Origin: Thermodesulfobacteriota bacterium
GTDB taxonomy: Bacteria > Desulfobacterota > Desulfobulbia > Desulfobulbales > SURF-16
DNA length: 64,000 nt
Assembly: GCA_039715015.1 (NCBI GenBank)
Contig: JBDLIE010000001.1
Span: 1-64,000 of the forward strand
Direction of reading: 5' to 3'
Below are positions 19,131 to 28,414 of the stretch, one piece after another; the first letter of the stretch is position 1, and each line of letters starts with the position of its first letter. The position numbers and the translations under genes are program-made. Below the pieces are notes generated by a model. That model had not been told where the DNA came from and did not search any database. It was given only the letters and a program-made list of their open reading frames with translations.

Positions 19131-19991
19131 ATGTCTATGAAATGGAAGATACAACGGCTATTCATGGTGTTTTGCGCCATGTTTTTTCTGAGCGGCTGTA
19201 CCTCGCTGATGATTACTAGGGTGGTGAGCCCCACCGTCGAGAACCTGCAGAAACAGAAGGATGTTGATCTTGTCTGTGAGGGGGCCCCCTCTTTTCTGCT
19301 CATGATCGACAGTATGCTGACCTCAAATTCAGATGACACGGATTTACTTATTACCGCCACCCAGGCCTACGGCGCCTATATTGCCGCCCTTGATGTCTGC
19401 GGCCGTAAGGAGCGGGCCACCGTCCTCAGTGAAAAGTCCAGGGAGTATGGTCTTCGTCTCCTTGTCCAGGCTGGGGTCTGCAAGAGTTGTAAGGTGCCGG
19501 TGGATGCCATGCGCCAGAATCTCCAGAAGTTCGGTAAGTCCGATGTTCCCTCCCTTTTCTGGGGCGCCTATGGCTGGGCGGTCTGGCTCCAGTATCAATA
19601 TGGCTCCCCGGCAGCGCTCAGCGATTTTCTCCGGGTGGAGCAGATTATGTTACGGGTGGTGGAGCTTGATGAGGGATATTATCATGGTAGTGCCCATCTT
19701 TTTCTTGGTATGTATTACGGGGCACGATCAGCGATGTTGGGGGGCAAGCCGGAACAGGGAAAAGAGCATTTCAGGCGGGCTTTGGAGTTAAGTGAGCGTC
19801 AGCTCCTTGCCACCCATGTAGCCTACGCCCAGAGTTATGCCCGGACCGTTTTTGACCTTGATTTGTATAGGGATCTTTTGCATGAGGTGCTGGAATTCAA
19901 ACTGGAAGACAGGCCTGATCTCTATCTGGCCAATCAGGTGGCAAAAAGACAGGCCCGTCAACTTTTACAAGAGATGGAACTCTATTTCTAA
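19131..19991 (+). CDS. TRAP transporter TatT-component lipoprotein (TPAT system)
   Basis: Lipobox LSGC, TPR-like helical body, YYHGSAHLFLG...LGGKPEQGKEHFRRALEL; directly precedes a dctP-like gene. Start codon uncertain. Confidence 0.82.
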   Translation: MSMKWKIQRLFMVFCAMFFLSGCTSLMITRVVSPTVENLQKQKDVDLVCEGAPSFLLMIDSMLTSNSDDTDLLITATQAYGAYIAALDVCGRKERATVLSEKSREYGLRLLVQAGVCKSCKVPVDAMRQNLQKFGKSDVPSLFWGAYGWAVWLQYQYGSPAALSDFLRVEQIMLRVVELDEGYYHGSAHLFLGMYYGARSAMLGGKPEQGKEHFRRALELSERQLLATHVAYAQSYARTVFDLDLYRDLLHEVLEFKLEDRPDLYLANQVAKRQARQLLQEMELYF

Positions 19992-20001
19992 GGAGATTTT
20001 T

Positions 20002-21009
20002 ATGAGCCTCAGGGTGCGCGGGGTACAGCTTTTCATTATGCTTATGGTCCTGGCTTATGGGCAGGTCTGCTGTGCTGCGCCCAAATACCTCTTCAAGGTG
20101 GCCTCAGTGGCTCCGGATGGCAGTGTCTGGGCCCAGCATTTTCGAGATTTTGTCAAAGAGGTGGCGACAAAGAGCAACGGCGACATCGGTTTTCGGGTCT
20201 ACCTCGGCGGTGCTATGGGCGATGATCGGGCCATGTACCGGAAGATGCAGGTGGGCCAGCTCCATGGCGGCGGTTTTACCATGACCGGTATAGGCCCTGT
20301 GGTCCAAGATTTTAGGGTTATGGGTATTCCTTTTCTTTTTAACTCCTATGATGAGGTTGATCAGGTCCGTAAGGGGCTGAACGGTTCTTTTAAAAAGGCC
20401 TTTGCAGAAAAAGGTCTGGAGTTTCTCGCCTTCACTGAGGTCGGCTTTGTCTACGCCATGTCAACCTCCCCCATCACTACATTGCCGCAACTCCAGGCTG
20501 CTAAATGTTGGTTGCCTGAGGGAGACCCGGTGAGTGCCGAATTTTTTTCCTCCATTGGAGTTTCTCCCATCCCCCTCACCATTCCTGATGTCCTTACTTC
20601 TCTGCAGACCGGCATGATTAATACGGTTTTTAACGGGCTCTATGGCTCCATTGTTCTGCAGTGGTTTACTAAGGCAACATTTGTAACAGACATACCCTTT
20701 GGCTACGCCTACGGCGCCTTCCTCCTAGATCGCCGCAAGTTTGCCAGCATGCCTCCCCATTATGCGGAGATTGTCAGGGCTGCAGCCACCAGACATTTTC
20801 AGGCCTTGTTGGAAGATACCAGAAAGAGTAATTTTGAGTCACGGGATGTGCTCAAAGAAAATGGGGTGGCCTTTGTTAAACCTACCCCCGACTCCCTTGC
20901 TGAATTGATTGTCGGGCGAGATGACGCTGTTACCCGCATGCGCGGCAAGGCCTTTTCAAAAGAGATTTATGATGAGACCATCCGCCTTCTAAAAGAAAAC
21001 CGCCAGTAA
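20002..21009 (+). CDS. dctP: TRAP transporter substrate-binding protein (DctP/TatP)
   Basis: AGGAGA RBS, signal peptide, KVASVAPDGSVW, YLGGAMGDD, GQLHGG, DVLTSLQTGMI. Confidence 0.9.
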   Translation: MSLRVRGVQLFIMLMVLAYGQVCCAAPKYLFKVASVAPDGSVWAQHFRDFVKEVATKSNGDIGFRVYLGGAMGDDRAMYRKMQVGQLHGGGFTMTGIGPVVQDFRVMGIPFLFNSYDEVDQVRKGLNGSFKKAFAEKGLEFLAFTEVGFVYAMSTSPITTLPQLQAAKCWLPEGDPVSAEFFSSIGVSPIPLTIPDVLTSLQTGMINTVFNGLYGSIVLQWFTKATFVTDIPFGYAYGAFLLDRRKFASMPPHYAEIVRAAATRHFQALLEDTRKSNFESRDVLKENGVAFVKPTPDSLAELIVGRDDAVTRMRGKAFSKEIYDETIRLLKENRQ

Positions 21010-21073
21010 TCCGGCCTTGCCTGAAAAGCTATGGCCGTTGTTTTGATTGGCATGGACTTTTCTGTGGTGTGTC

Positions 21074-21604
21074 ATGACCTTCAATGTCTTTGTCAAGAAA
21101 ACAGGAACTCTCCTCCAGAGGTTTGAAGAGGGCTTTCTCTGTCTGCTGTTGTTGACCATGATTATCCTGGCCGTTGTCCAGATCATTCTGCGAAGTTTCT
21201 TTTCAGGAGGTTTTCTCTGGGCCGATCCTTTCTTACGTTATCTTGTTCTTTGGAGCGGCATGTTTGGCGCGGCGCTGGCCACCAAAAAAGGCAAGCATAT
21301 TGCCCTGGATGTTGTTTCCTATCTGGTTCCGGAACAGGTGCAGCCATGGCTGAAATGCCTCCTTGATTTCTTTTCCTTCCTGGTTGCTCTGCTACTTTTC
21401 TATGCAGCCATCATTTTTGTCAGAAATGAGGCGGAGTTTGGCGCCTCAGCTTTGCTTTCAATGCCGTCCTGGTGTTGGAATCTGGTTTTTCCCCTGGCCT
21501 TTGCTCTCATTGCCCTTCGCTTTTTGACTACCAGTCTGACCGATTTTCTCAGGCTGCTTGGCAAAAAAGAAAAGCTGATTACTCGAACAGGGCTGGGATC
21601 GTGA
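21074..21604 (+). CDS. dctQ: TRAP transporter small permease
   Basis: Four TM segments, QIILR...WADPFLRYLVLW...GAALAT...HIALD. Confidence 0.88.
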   Translation: MTFNVFVKKTGTLLQRFEEGFLCLLLLTMIILAVVQIILRSFFSGGFLWADPFLRYLVLWSGMFGAALATKKGKHIALDVVSYLVPEQVQPWLKCLLDFFSFLVALLLFYAAIIFVRNEAEFGASALLSMPSWCWNLVFPLAFALIALRFLTTSLTDFLRLLGKKEKLITRTGLGS

Positions 21605-22866
21605 CCTTTCTTAAGTTTAGTATTTTAGTGCTGGCCCTGCTCGGCACGCCGCTTTTTATCATCATCTCCGCCCTTGCCCTGTTCTCATTTTATAACGAGG
21701 GGATAGATATCTCTGTGGTGATTATTGAGATGTCGCGCCTGGCCGACACCCCGCTGCTTTTGTCGCTGCCACTCTTTATTTTTGCCGGAACCCTGCTCTC
21801 CGAAAGCGGTGCCCCGCAGCGCATGTTGCGCCTTTCGCAACTGCTGTTGGGCTGGATGCCAGGGGGGCTGGCTGTGGTTTCATTGGTGGTCTGCGCTATT
21901 TTTACGGCCTTTACCGGAGCCTCGGGGGTGACGATTTTTGCCTTGGGGGGGCTACTTGTGCCGGCCCTTCTCCAGGACAGATATTCTGAAAAATTTTCCC
22001 TGGGGCTCATCACCTCGTCAGGCAGCCTTGGGCTTCTCTTCCCGCCCAGCCTGCCCCTTATCTTGTATGGCGTCATCTCTGAATCCAGGATTGATCAGCT
22101 TTTTCTGGCCGGCATCCTGCCGGGGCTGCTCATGCTCGGCCTGCTGGTGGGTTACAGCATCAAGAAAAGCCCAAAACACAAAGGGAAATACCAGGCCCCT
22201 GCACAAAAGGAGATACTGGCAGGAATCCGTGACGCCGCCTGGGAGCTTCCCCTGCCTGTCATTGTCCTTGGTGGTATTTATGGAGGTTTTTTCGTGGCTG
22301 GCGAGGCAGCAGCGGTAACCGCCCTCTATGTTATCGTGGTCGAGGTCTTTATCAAACGCGATGTGCCCTTTGTTCGACTGCCAACAAGCATGATCCAGAG
22401 CATGATGCTCTTTGGCGGCATCCTGGTGATCCTGGCCGCCTCTATGGCATCAACCAATTATCTGGTTGATTTGCAGATCCCCTCCCGGATTTTTGAGTTT
22501 ATCAAGCAGTATATTGACAGCAAATACACCTTTCTTCTGCTCCTTAATATATTTTTGCTTATTGTCGGCTCCATGCTTGATATTTTTTCCGCCTTGGTTC
22601 TGGTGGTGCCGTTGATTGTTCCCATTGCCGAAGGTTATGGAGTCAATCTTATCCACCTGGGCATCATATTCTTGACCAATTTGCAGATCGGATATTGCAC
22701 GCCGCCGGTGGGTCTAAATCTCTTTTTAGCCTCATACAGGTTCGACAAACCGGTGGTTCAGCTTTATGCCGCCACCTTACCCTTCCTTCTGCTCTTATTG
22801 GTAACTCTGCTGCTTATTACCTACTTCCCCTTTTTCAGCCTCTTTCTTGTTGGATTGTGGGGTTGA
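21601..22866 (+). CDS. dctM: TRAP transporter large permease
   Basis: GTG start overlapping the dctQ stop; LPLFIFAG, FTGASGVT, SGSLGLLFPPSLP, LFLAGILPG, TPPVGLNLF. Confidence 0.92.
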   Translation: MTFLKFSILVLALLGTPLFIIISALALFSFYNEGIDISVVIIEMSRLADTPLLLSLPLFIFAGTLLSESGAPQRMLRLSQLLLGWMPGGLAVVSLVVCAIFTAFTGASGVTIFALGGLLVPALLQDRYSEKFSLGLITSSGSLGLLFPPSLPLILYGVISESRIDQLFLAGILPGLLMLGLLVGYSIKKSPKHKGKYQAPAQKEILAGIRDAAWELPLPVIVLGGIYGGFFVAGEAAAVTALYVIVVEVFIKRDVPFVRLPTSMIQSMMLFGGILVILAASMASTNYLVDLQIPSRIFEFIKQYIDSKYTFLLLLNIFLLIVGSMLDIFSALVLVVPLIVPIAEGYGVNLIHLGIIFLTNLQIGYCTPPVGLNLFLASYRFDKPVVQLYAATLPFLLLLLVTLLLITYFPFFSLFLVGLWG

Positions 22867-23002
22867 AATGGCTGGGGATGCTTGTTGCGCGCCGGATTTT
22901 TGTGTTGGAGATGGAAGATAAGGGCTGAAATAGCTCTTGTGTCTTAATGGCCTTGGAAAGAAGAGGGGAGAGGGGGAATACGGGAAAGAAGCAGATGAAA
23001 GG

Positions 23003-23058
23003 CAAAAAAAAAGGGCAAGACTGTCGGTAAAGATTTGCACGGGGTGACAGTCCCGCCC
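23003..23058 (-). terminator. Probable terminator of the PilZ gene
   Basis: Minus strand GGGCGGGACTGTC...GACAGTCTTGCCC followed by a T9 run; the loop is long (about 20 nt). Confidence 0.55.
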
Positions 23059-23088
23059 TGGGGGCACAAGTTATGTGGTGTTGATCAG

Positions 23089-23523
23089 TTAGTGAATGGC
23101 GTCTTGCTCCATGGAGAACCTGTCAAGCAGGTCGTCGAGTTGCTCTTGCTGATCAGTGGAAAGATTCATGAATTGCAGACCAATTTTGCGGATAACAGTC
23201 TGGCAGTACTGCCCTGCCGGTGTGGTATCGTTAACATAGGCTATGCGGCAGTTGATCTGTCCCAGCAGGAAACCTTCAATGTTGCTGAGAAGGCTGATTT
23301 CGCTCATCTCGTCACATGGAGAATCTTGGTGGGCCAGATATTGGAGGCCAATGCCGTTTTTACTGATATCACGTATTTCGCAAAAATTGGTGGCACTGAA
23401 GGCAACAAATCCCTGCTTGAGATGAAAACGCTCCGATGCTCTGGCCCTTACTTGGCCGGGAGCAGGATGAGAAGCTGACGGCTTAGCATGATCTGTTATT
23501 GCTGTCTGCTCCATGTGGTTCAT
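23089..23523 (-). CDS. PilZ-domain (c-di-GMP-binding) protein
   Basis: RASER (RxxxR) and DISKNG (DxSxxG) motifs, GLQFMNLS. Confidence 0.85.
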   Translation of the reverse strand: MNHMEQTAITDHAKPSASHPAPGQVRARASERFHLKQGFVAFSATNFCEIRDISKNGIGLQYLAHQDSPCDEMSEISLLSNIEGFLLGQINCRIAYVNDTTPAGQYCQTVIRKIGLQFMNLSTDQQEQLDDLLDRFSMEQDAIH

Positions 23524-23934
23524 CTCCTTGGTTAGTACTTAGTTGCCAAATTGTCTCTCAGTGTTGAGGCATAATCTACGACAACTTCTTGATCAGGACA
23601 ATTGGCACAGTGTTTAAAAAGCATCTAGGCGTTACGTTTAGGGGCTTTTTTTTAAAGAAGAGGGATTGTTAAGGGGGGGGAGGAGGAGTTTGCTGATGGC
23701 CAGGTGTGCTTTCTAGCTTATTGCGGCAACTGACGGAGGGCGTGAAAGCCCCGGTTGGGCAGAGGCTGCGATGCCCTTTGAGAAAGATGCAAGGTGTGGT
23801 TGTGGAAGATGTTTTTTGGGCAATGACCTAAATTTTAGCCATGATCTTCAAGCCACTCCTGCGCTTTATTTTGAACTCTAAAGGCGGCGACTTTATTGGA
23901 AACCATCACTTCCAGCATAATTTGATACATGCTG

Positions 23935-26607
23935 TTAGATGGCAAGCAGCCAGCGAATTTCTTTAATGAGAAGTTTAGCGTCAATGGGCTTACTAATGTA
24001 ACCATCTATTCCTTGGTCTAGGAATTTTTGACGATCTTCACGCATTGCATGGGCTGTGAGGGCAATAATGGGGGTGTGCTTGCCATGGTCCTTTTCAAAT
24101 TCTCGAATAAGGGCTGTGGCCTCAAGGCCATCCATGACAGGCATCTGAATGTCCATTAAGACAAGGTCAAAGGGTTGATCTTTAAAAGCTTCGATGGCTT
24201 GTTTGCCATTTTCCACAGTAACCACCTGGAATCCTTTGCTCTCAAGAAGGGTGGTGGTGAAAATCCGGTTGATTTCGTCATCATCAACGACCAGGACATC
24301 TGCAAAGTTGAAATCAAAATTGTCAGGTGAGGTGTTGGTGGGGGCCTCGCTGGCGCCGCCGCGGGCAGAGAGTGCAGTGTATATTTCTTCCTCACTTACA
24401 GGTTTGGTAAGAATTTCAGAAACGTTATGGTGGGGAAGGTCGTGGATGTTGATTTTGTCCAGCCTGCGGACCATGGGTATAATCCGGCAATTTTGATTTG
24501 CGGCCAGGGAAATGAGATCGCTTGTCTCCTTGTCAAGCTCCTCCGGGATTGCCAGGATGAGCGCGTCAAAATGTTTTTCGTTCATCTTTTTTACAGCATA
24601 GGCTGATGACGCCGCCGAATCAACCAGGACAGCGGTATTCTCAAGCATTTTGGCCAGGGCATCGAGACTTTGTTGGTTGGGTTCGACAACAAAGACCTGC
24701 AGGGGGGCAAGTTCTCTTGGGCAAGGTGTGGTGAAGAAACTATCGTCCTGCTTGTCTGGCTGCAGGACAACATGAAATTCAGAGCCAAGGCCTGGATTGC
24801 TCTCAACCCAAATTTCACCCTTCATAAGAGAGATGAGCTTGGCAGAAATACTTAAGCCAAGACCGGTACCGCCATATCGTCTGGTGGTGGCTCCTTCCCC
24901 TTGGTGGAAGGAGTCAAAAATTATGCGCTGTTTTTCTTTAGGGATTCCAATTCCAGTGTCGCGCACCACAAAGTGGAGAGGATATTGCCTCTCGTCTTTT
25001 TTGGTGGAAAGATTGGAAGACCAGGCTGTACCGATAGTTAATGATACAGAACCTTTTTTTGTAAATTTAATGGCATTGCCAATAAGGTTGATAAGGACCT
25101 GACGAATACGCAGCGGGTCACCCGCAAAGAGATCCGGCACCTCTTTGTCAATGCGGCATATCATTTCAAGGCCTTTTTCATGGCCTTCCAGGGCCAAAAG
25201 TTTCATGGTTTCATAGGCCATTTCCCGCAGCCTGAAATCAACATAGTCAAGCTCCAGCTTGCCGGCCTCGACTTTAGAGAAGTCGAGAATGTCATTAATA
25301 ACATTGAGTAAACGGGCGGCGCTTTTTTTCACCATGGTCAGCATCTTGCGCGGCTCTTTCTGAAGATCCATCTCCAGGACAAGGTCTGCGAGACCCAGAA
25401 TACCATTCATGGGGGTGCGTATCTCGTGACTCATATTAGCAAGAAAATCACTCTTCGCCGCATTGGCAGCTTCGGCCTCTTGGCGGGCAATGATCATCTG
25501 TTGATAAGTTTCTTCCAGGCGATCCATCATCCGGTTGAAGTCAAGACACATCTGCTCAACATCATCATAGTGGCCGTTTGCTGACTTTTTATAAACAGGG
25601 ATACGCAGGTGAAGGTTGGCATCGCTTTCAGTCACTTTACGAAGAATGTCTATGAGTCTGTTGATCTGGTTGAAAATACGGCGCTTGAGTGAGATGTAAA
25701 GAAAGATGGAAATAACGGTGAAGCCCAAAAAAGGCCAGAAATTACTGGCAATAAGCCGCCTGCGTGCCGTGATGAACCAGGTGTCTTCAACAGCGACAAA
25801 AAGATTTGCCACAGTCATTCCTGCACTATCGTTAAGAGAAGATGGCCGGGCAAAATAGTTTTTTCCTTGAACGGTAACTTTTTGGCCTTCGATCCAGGGC
25901 ACTGCATTGTCGGGAAAGCTGGAGAGAATACAATGGTTATGCTCATCAAAAATGGCAAAATCCACATCAAGCATGGCAGCCATTTTTTGGGCAAGGGGCT
26001 GATTGTTGTTGATGATGGAAATAAGAACAACAAAACCCATGGGGTCACCTATGTCATCAGTGAGGGTGACCAGCGATTGAAGACCTATAAATGAAGATTC
26101 ATCAGCGGCGGCGGGGCCAGAGGAGACAAAATCGCCCATGATTGCAGCTGAAATTTTAGTCGCTGTCAGTTTTGGAGAGGGTGTAAAGGCCTTGGCTAAG
26201 AGTTCGGAATAAGAGCTGTGCAGAGCGCGGTGCCGAAGTTGAAAACTATTTGAGGTAAGGAGGTTGAAATTCTCATCGTAGAGAAGAACCATATCAAGAT
26301 TATGGCGCGAAGAGATCTCTTGCAGCATAACCTTGAGAGGGGCGATGTCGTCATAAGTTAGAAATTTAACAATTTTTTTATTTTGTTCACGAACAATACC
26401 TGTGACAATTTTAAGTTTTTCCAGCTCGTTGACAAGAATGGCATGGGCTGTTTCTGACTTGCCTTCAAGTTGCTGGCCAACTGCCTCTCGAACTCTATTT
26501 TGCTCTTTAATGGTGGTATAGAAAACATTGACGGCAATAACCGCCACCAGCAAGGTAAAGGCCAGGGCAATGTTCCAGTTGAGGCTTTTTGAGTTAAGGG
26601 AGAACAT
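23935..26607 (-). CDS. Hybrid sensor histidine kinase (periplasmic sensor, HAMP, HisKA, HATPase, degenerate REC, REC)
   Basis: Two TM segments around a periplasmic region, FLANMSHEIRTPMNG, NLIGNAIKFT, DTGIGI, GGTGLGLSIS, C-terminal VLMDIQMPVMDG...SKP. Confidence 0.95.
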   Translation of the reverse strand: MFSLNSKSLNWNIALAFTLLVAVIAVNVFYTTIKEQNRVREAVGQQLEGKSETAHAILVNELEKLKIVTGIVREQNKKIVKFLTYDDIAPLKVMLQEISSRHNLDMVLLYDENFNLLTSNSFQLRHRALHSSYSELLAKAFTPSPKLTATKISAAIMGDFVSSGPAAADESSFIGLQSLVTLTDDIGDPMGFVVLISIINNNQPLAQKMAAMLDVDFAIFDEHNHCILSSFPDNAVPWIEGQKVTVQGKNYFARPSSLNDSAGMTVANLFVAVEDTWFITARRRLIASNFWPFLGFTVISIFLYISLKRRIFNQINRLIDILRKVTESDANLHLRIPVYKKSANGHYDDVEQMCLDFNRMMDRLEETYQQMIIARQEAEAANAAKSDFLANMSHEIRTPMNGILGLADLVLEMDLQKEPRKMLTMVKKSAARLLNVINDILDFSKVEAGKLELDYVDFRLREMAYETMKLLALEGHEKGLEMICRIDKEVPDLFAGDPLRIRQVLINLIGNAIKFTKKGSVSLTIGTAWSSNLSTKKDERQYPLHFVVRDTGIGIPKEKQRIIFDSFHQGEGATTRRYGGTGLGLSISAKLISLMKGEIWVESNPGLGSEFHVVLQPDKQDDSFFTTPCPRELAPLQVFVVEPNQQSLDALAKMLENTAVLVDSAASSAYAVKKMNEKHFDALILAIPEELDKETSDLISLAANQNCRIIPMVRRLDKINIHDLPHHNVSEILTKPVSEEEIYTALSARGGASEAPTNTSPDNFDFNFADVLVVDDDEINRIFTTTLLESKGFQVVTVENGKQAIEAFKDQPFDLVLMDIQMPVMDGLEATALIREFEKDHGKHTPIIALTAHAMREDRQKFLDQGIDGYISKPIDAKLLIKEIRWLLAI

Positions 26608-27383
26608 TATTTGAAGTCGCGGTTACCGGTGCCAGCAAATGATCTGGGTTCTTTCTGGGCCACTGGACGATTTTCTTGTTTCCAGCGCTCAATACCCCCT
26701 TTGAGAACACCCTCCACCTCATACCCTTTGGTGATAAGAAATTTGGCGGCAATGGTCGATTGTTTCATTGCCCAGTCGGTAATGAGAATAGGGGTTTTTT
26801 TTGGTAATTGTGCCACCATCTCTTCAAGGTAGAGTAAGGGAATGTGTCTGCTGTTTTTCAGGAAATGATTGTTCCGGGAGAAGTTGTTGGGGCGAACATC
26901 AAGAACCGAGATTTTTGAAGATGCAATGAGAGTAGCCACCTTGGCCGGGGAAAGGCGAGAGATCTTGATCGCCGCATATTTCTTGCTGGTGGTGGTGGGG
27001 TAATTGAAGCTACGCCATTCAGGAATGCCGCCGGTAAAGCGATAGACGTTTTTATATCCTTTTGTCGCTGCGAAAACTGCAGCTCGTTTCGAATAGAGTC
27101 AGCGAAAACCCATGCAGTGAAAGATGAGAGAGGTCGAAAGGTCTGCAGGTAATTTGTCCGATGTTTTCAATTTGTTAAGTGGAATATTTATGGAGCCCGT
27201 GATGTGATGGAGGTCATACTCCACCCTGCTTAAAACATTAATGACCAGGACATTCTCTTTTTCGAGCATATTTTTGACAACAGGAGCGGATATCTCCTTA
27301 TAGGGATTTGCCCAGCCCTTGTCTGGAGAAAGAAGCAGGGCAATGGCAAAAAGGGTCATGGCAAAAAAAATGTTTCTCCCCAT
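26607..27383 (-). CDS. Exported tandem-rhodanese selenoprotein (258 aa, Sec at residue 95)
   Basis: ORFs 27099-27383 and 26607-26939 are one frame broken only by TGA at 27101-27099. Read-through gives IFHCMGFR-U-LYSKRAAVFAATKGYKNVYRFTGGIPEW, completing a rhodanese domain. Signal peptide present; SECIS-like hairpin 15 nt downstream. Confidence 0.85.
27067..27083 (-). promoter_or_regulatory. Candidate bacterial SECIS hairpin of the rhodanese gene
   Basis: GCUGC-AGUUUUC-GCAGC begins 15 nt after the in-frame UGA; G near the 5' side of the loop. Confidence 0.6.
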
Positions 27384-27554
27384 ATGTTCTCCTTGTTTTT
27401 TTATTAAGGGGGTGATTTCAGAAGGTTACACCCCAGACGTATGATACGCATTTTGCTCCCTTGAAAACAAGTAAAGAAAAGAAGGGCAAGATATCGGCAA
27501 GAAGCGAAACAGTTTGGGGTGAAAATGCCGGCTTTGCAAAGGGATGGCGTAGGG

Positions 27555-28232
27555 CTAAATGCCGCTCTGGGAATGGAGCTGGTCGCGGAGACGAACGATT
27601 AATTCACTTGTTGATTCGCAGGAGAGTTTTTTCATGATATTGGCCCGGTGGACCCGGACAGTCTTGGGACTGATAAAAAGAACCTGGCCGATCTTGGCAG
27701 TGTCAAAGCCTTGGGCGATGAGGTGGCTTATTTCCTGTTCCCGCGGGGTAAGGGTCTTGCTTTCATCCTCGGTTGCAGCTGGGTCCTTGCCGGTGATGAT
27801 ACAGTCAATGATCTTCGAAGATGCTGTGGGGCTTAGGTGGGTTTGGCCGCTGTGAACTTGCCTAATGGCAGTTTCAAGCTCCGTGGCCGGATCAAATTTA
27901 AGCACAAATCCTTTTGCTCCGGCCTGCATGGCCTGCTGGATGAAGTCTGGATTCTCATGCATGGTGTACATGACAATCTTGGTACGAGGGGAGATTGATT
28001 TGATCCGCGGAATCATCTCGATACCGCTTAAACCCTTCATGGTGATATCAAGCACAGCGACGTCAGGCTTGGTTTTGTCAATGACACGAAGGCCTTCAAT
28101 TCCGTCTCCGGCCTCGCCAACCACCTTGATGTCCCTTAGTTCCGAGAGGGTGCTGATAATGCCCTGCCGGAGAAGATGATGATCATCTACAAGGACAGTA
28201 GTAATAGGGCTTTCTGGAGGGGATTCAGTCAT
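27555..28232 (-). CDS. NarL/LuxR-family response regulator
   Basis: VLVDDHHLLRQG, VLDITM, GAKGFVLK, LTPREQEI...ISPKTVRVHRANIMKKL. Start placed at MTESPP. Confidence 0.93.
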   Translation of the reverse strand: MTESPPESPITTVLVDDHHLLRQGIISTLSELRDIKVVGEAGDGIEGLRVIDKTKPDVAVLDITMKGLSGIEMIPRIKSISPRTKIVMYTMHENPDFIQQAMQAGAKGFVLKFDPATELETAIRQVHSGQTHLSPTASSKIIDCIITGKDPAATEDESKTLTPREQEISHLIAQGFDTAKIGQVLFISPKTVRVHRANIMKKLSCESTSELIVRLRDQLHSQSGI

Positions 28233-28414
28233 CTTTTCTTGTTGATTGTATTGTCCAGGCCCTGAGCCTGTTCGTTTTTCTTGACAACTTTGCCGATGCC
28301 CCCTCATTTGCTGACTTCTGAAGAGCTAATAATAGTCTAAGTGTCAACAGTCTGCGAGAGAAAGATAGGTTAAAAAAAACCATTGCCACTGTTAATTCAT
28401 ACTGTGATGCCGCT

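Noticed and set aside
23720..23780. GGGC-gtgaaa-GCCC hairpin upstream of the PilZ gene as a riboswitch or intron remnant
   Set aside because: The conserved cores of cobalamin or c-di-GMP riboswitches and of group II intron domain V are absent.
26940..27101. Treating the rhodanese (and likewise the peroxiredoxin at 42379) as a nonsense pseudogene
   Set aside because: In both genes the only lesion is a TGA at a redox-motif position followed by a similar hairpin; selenocysteine is the simpler explanation.
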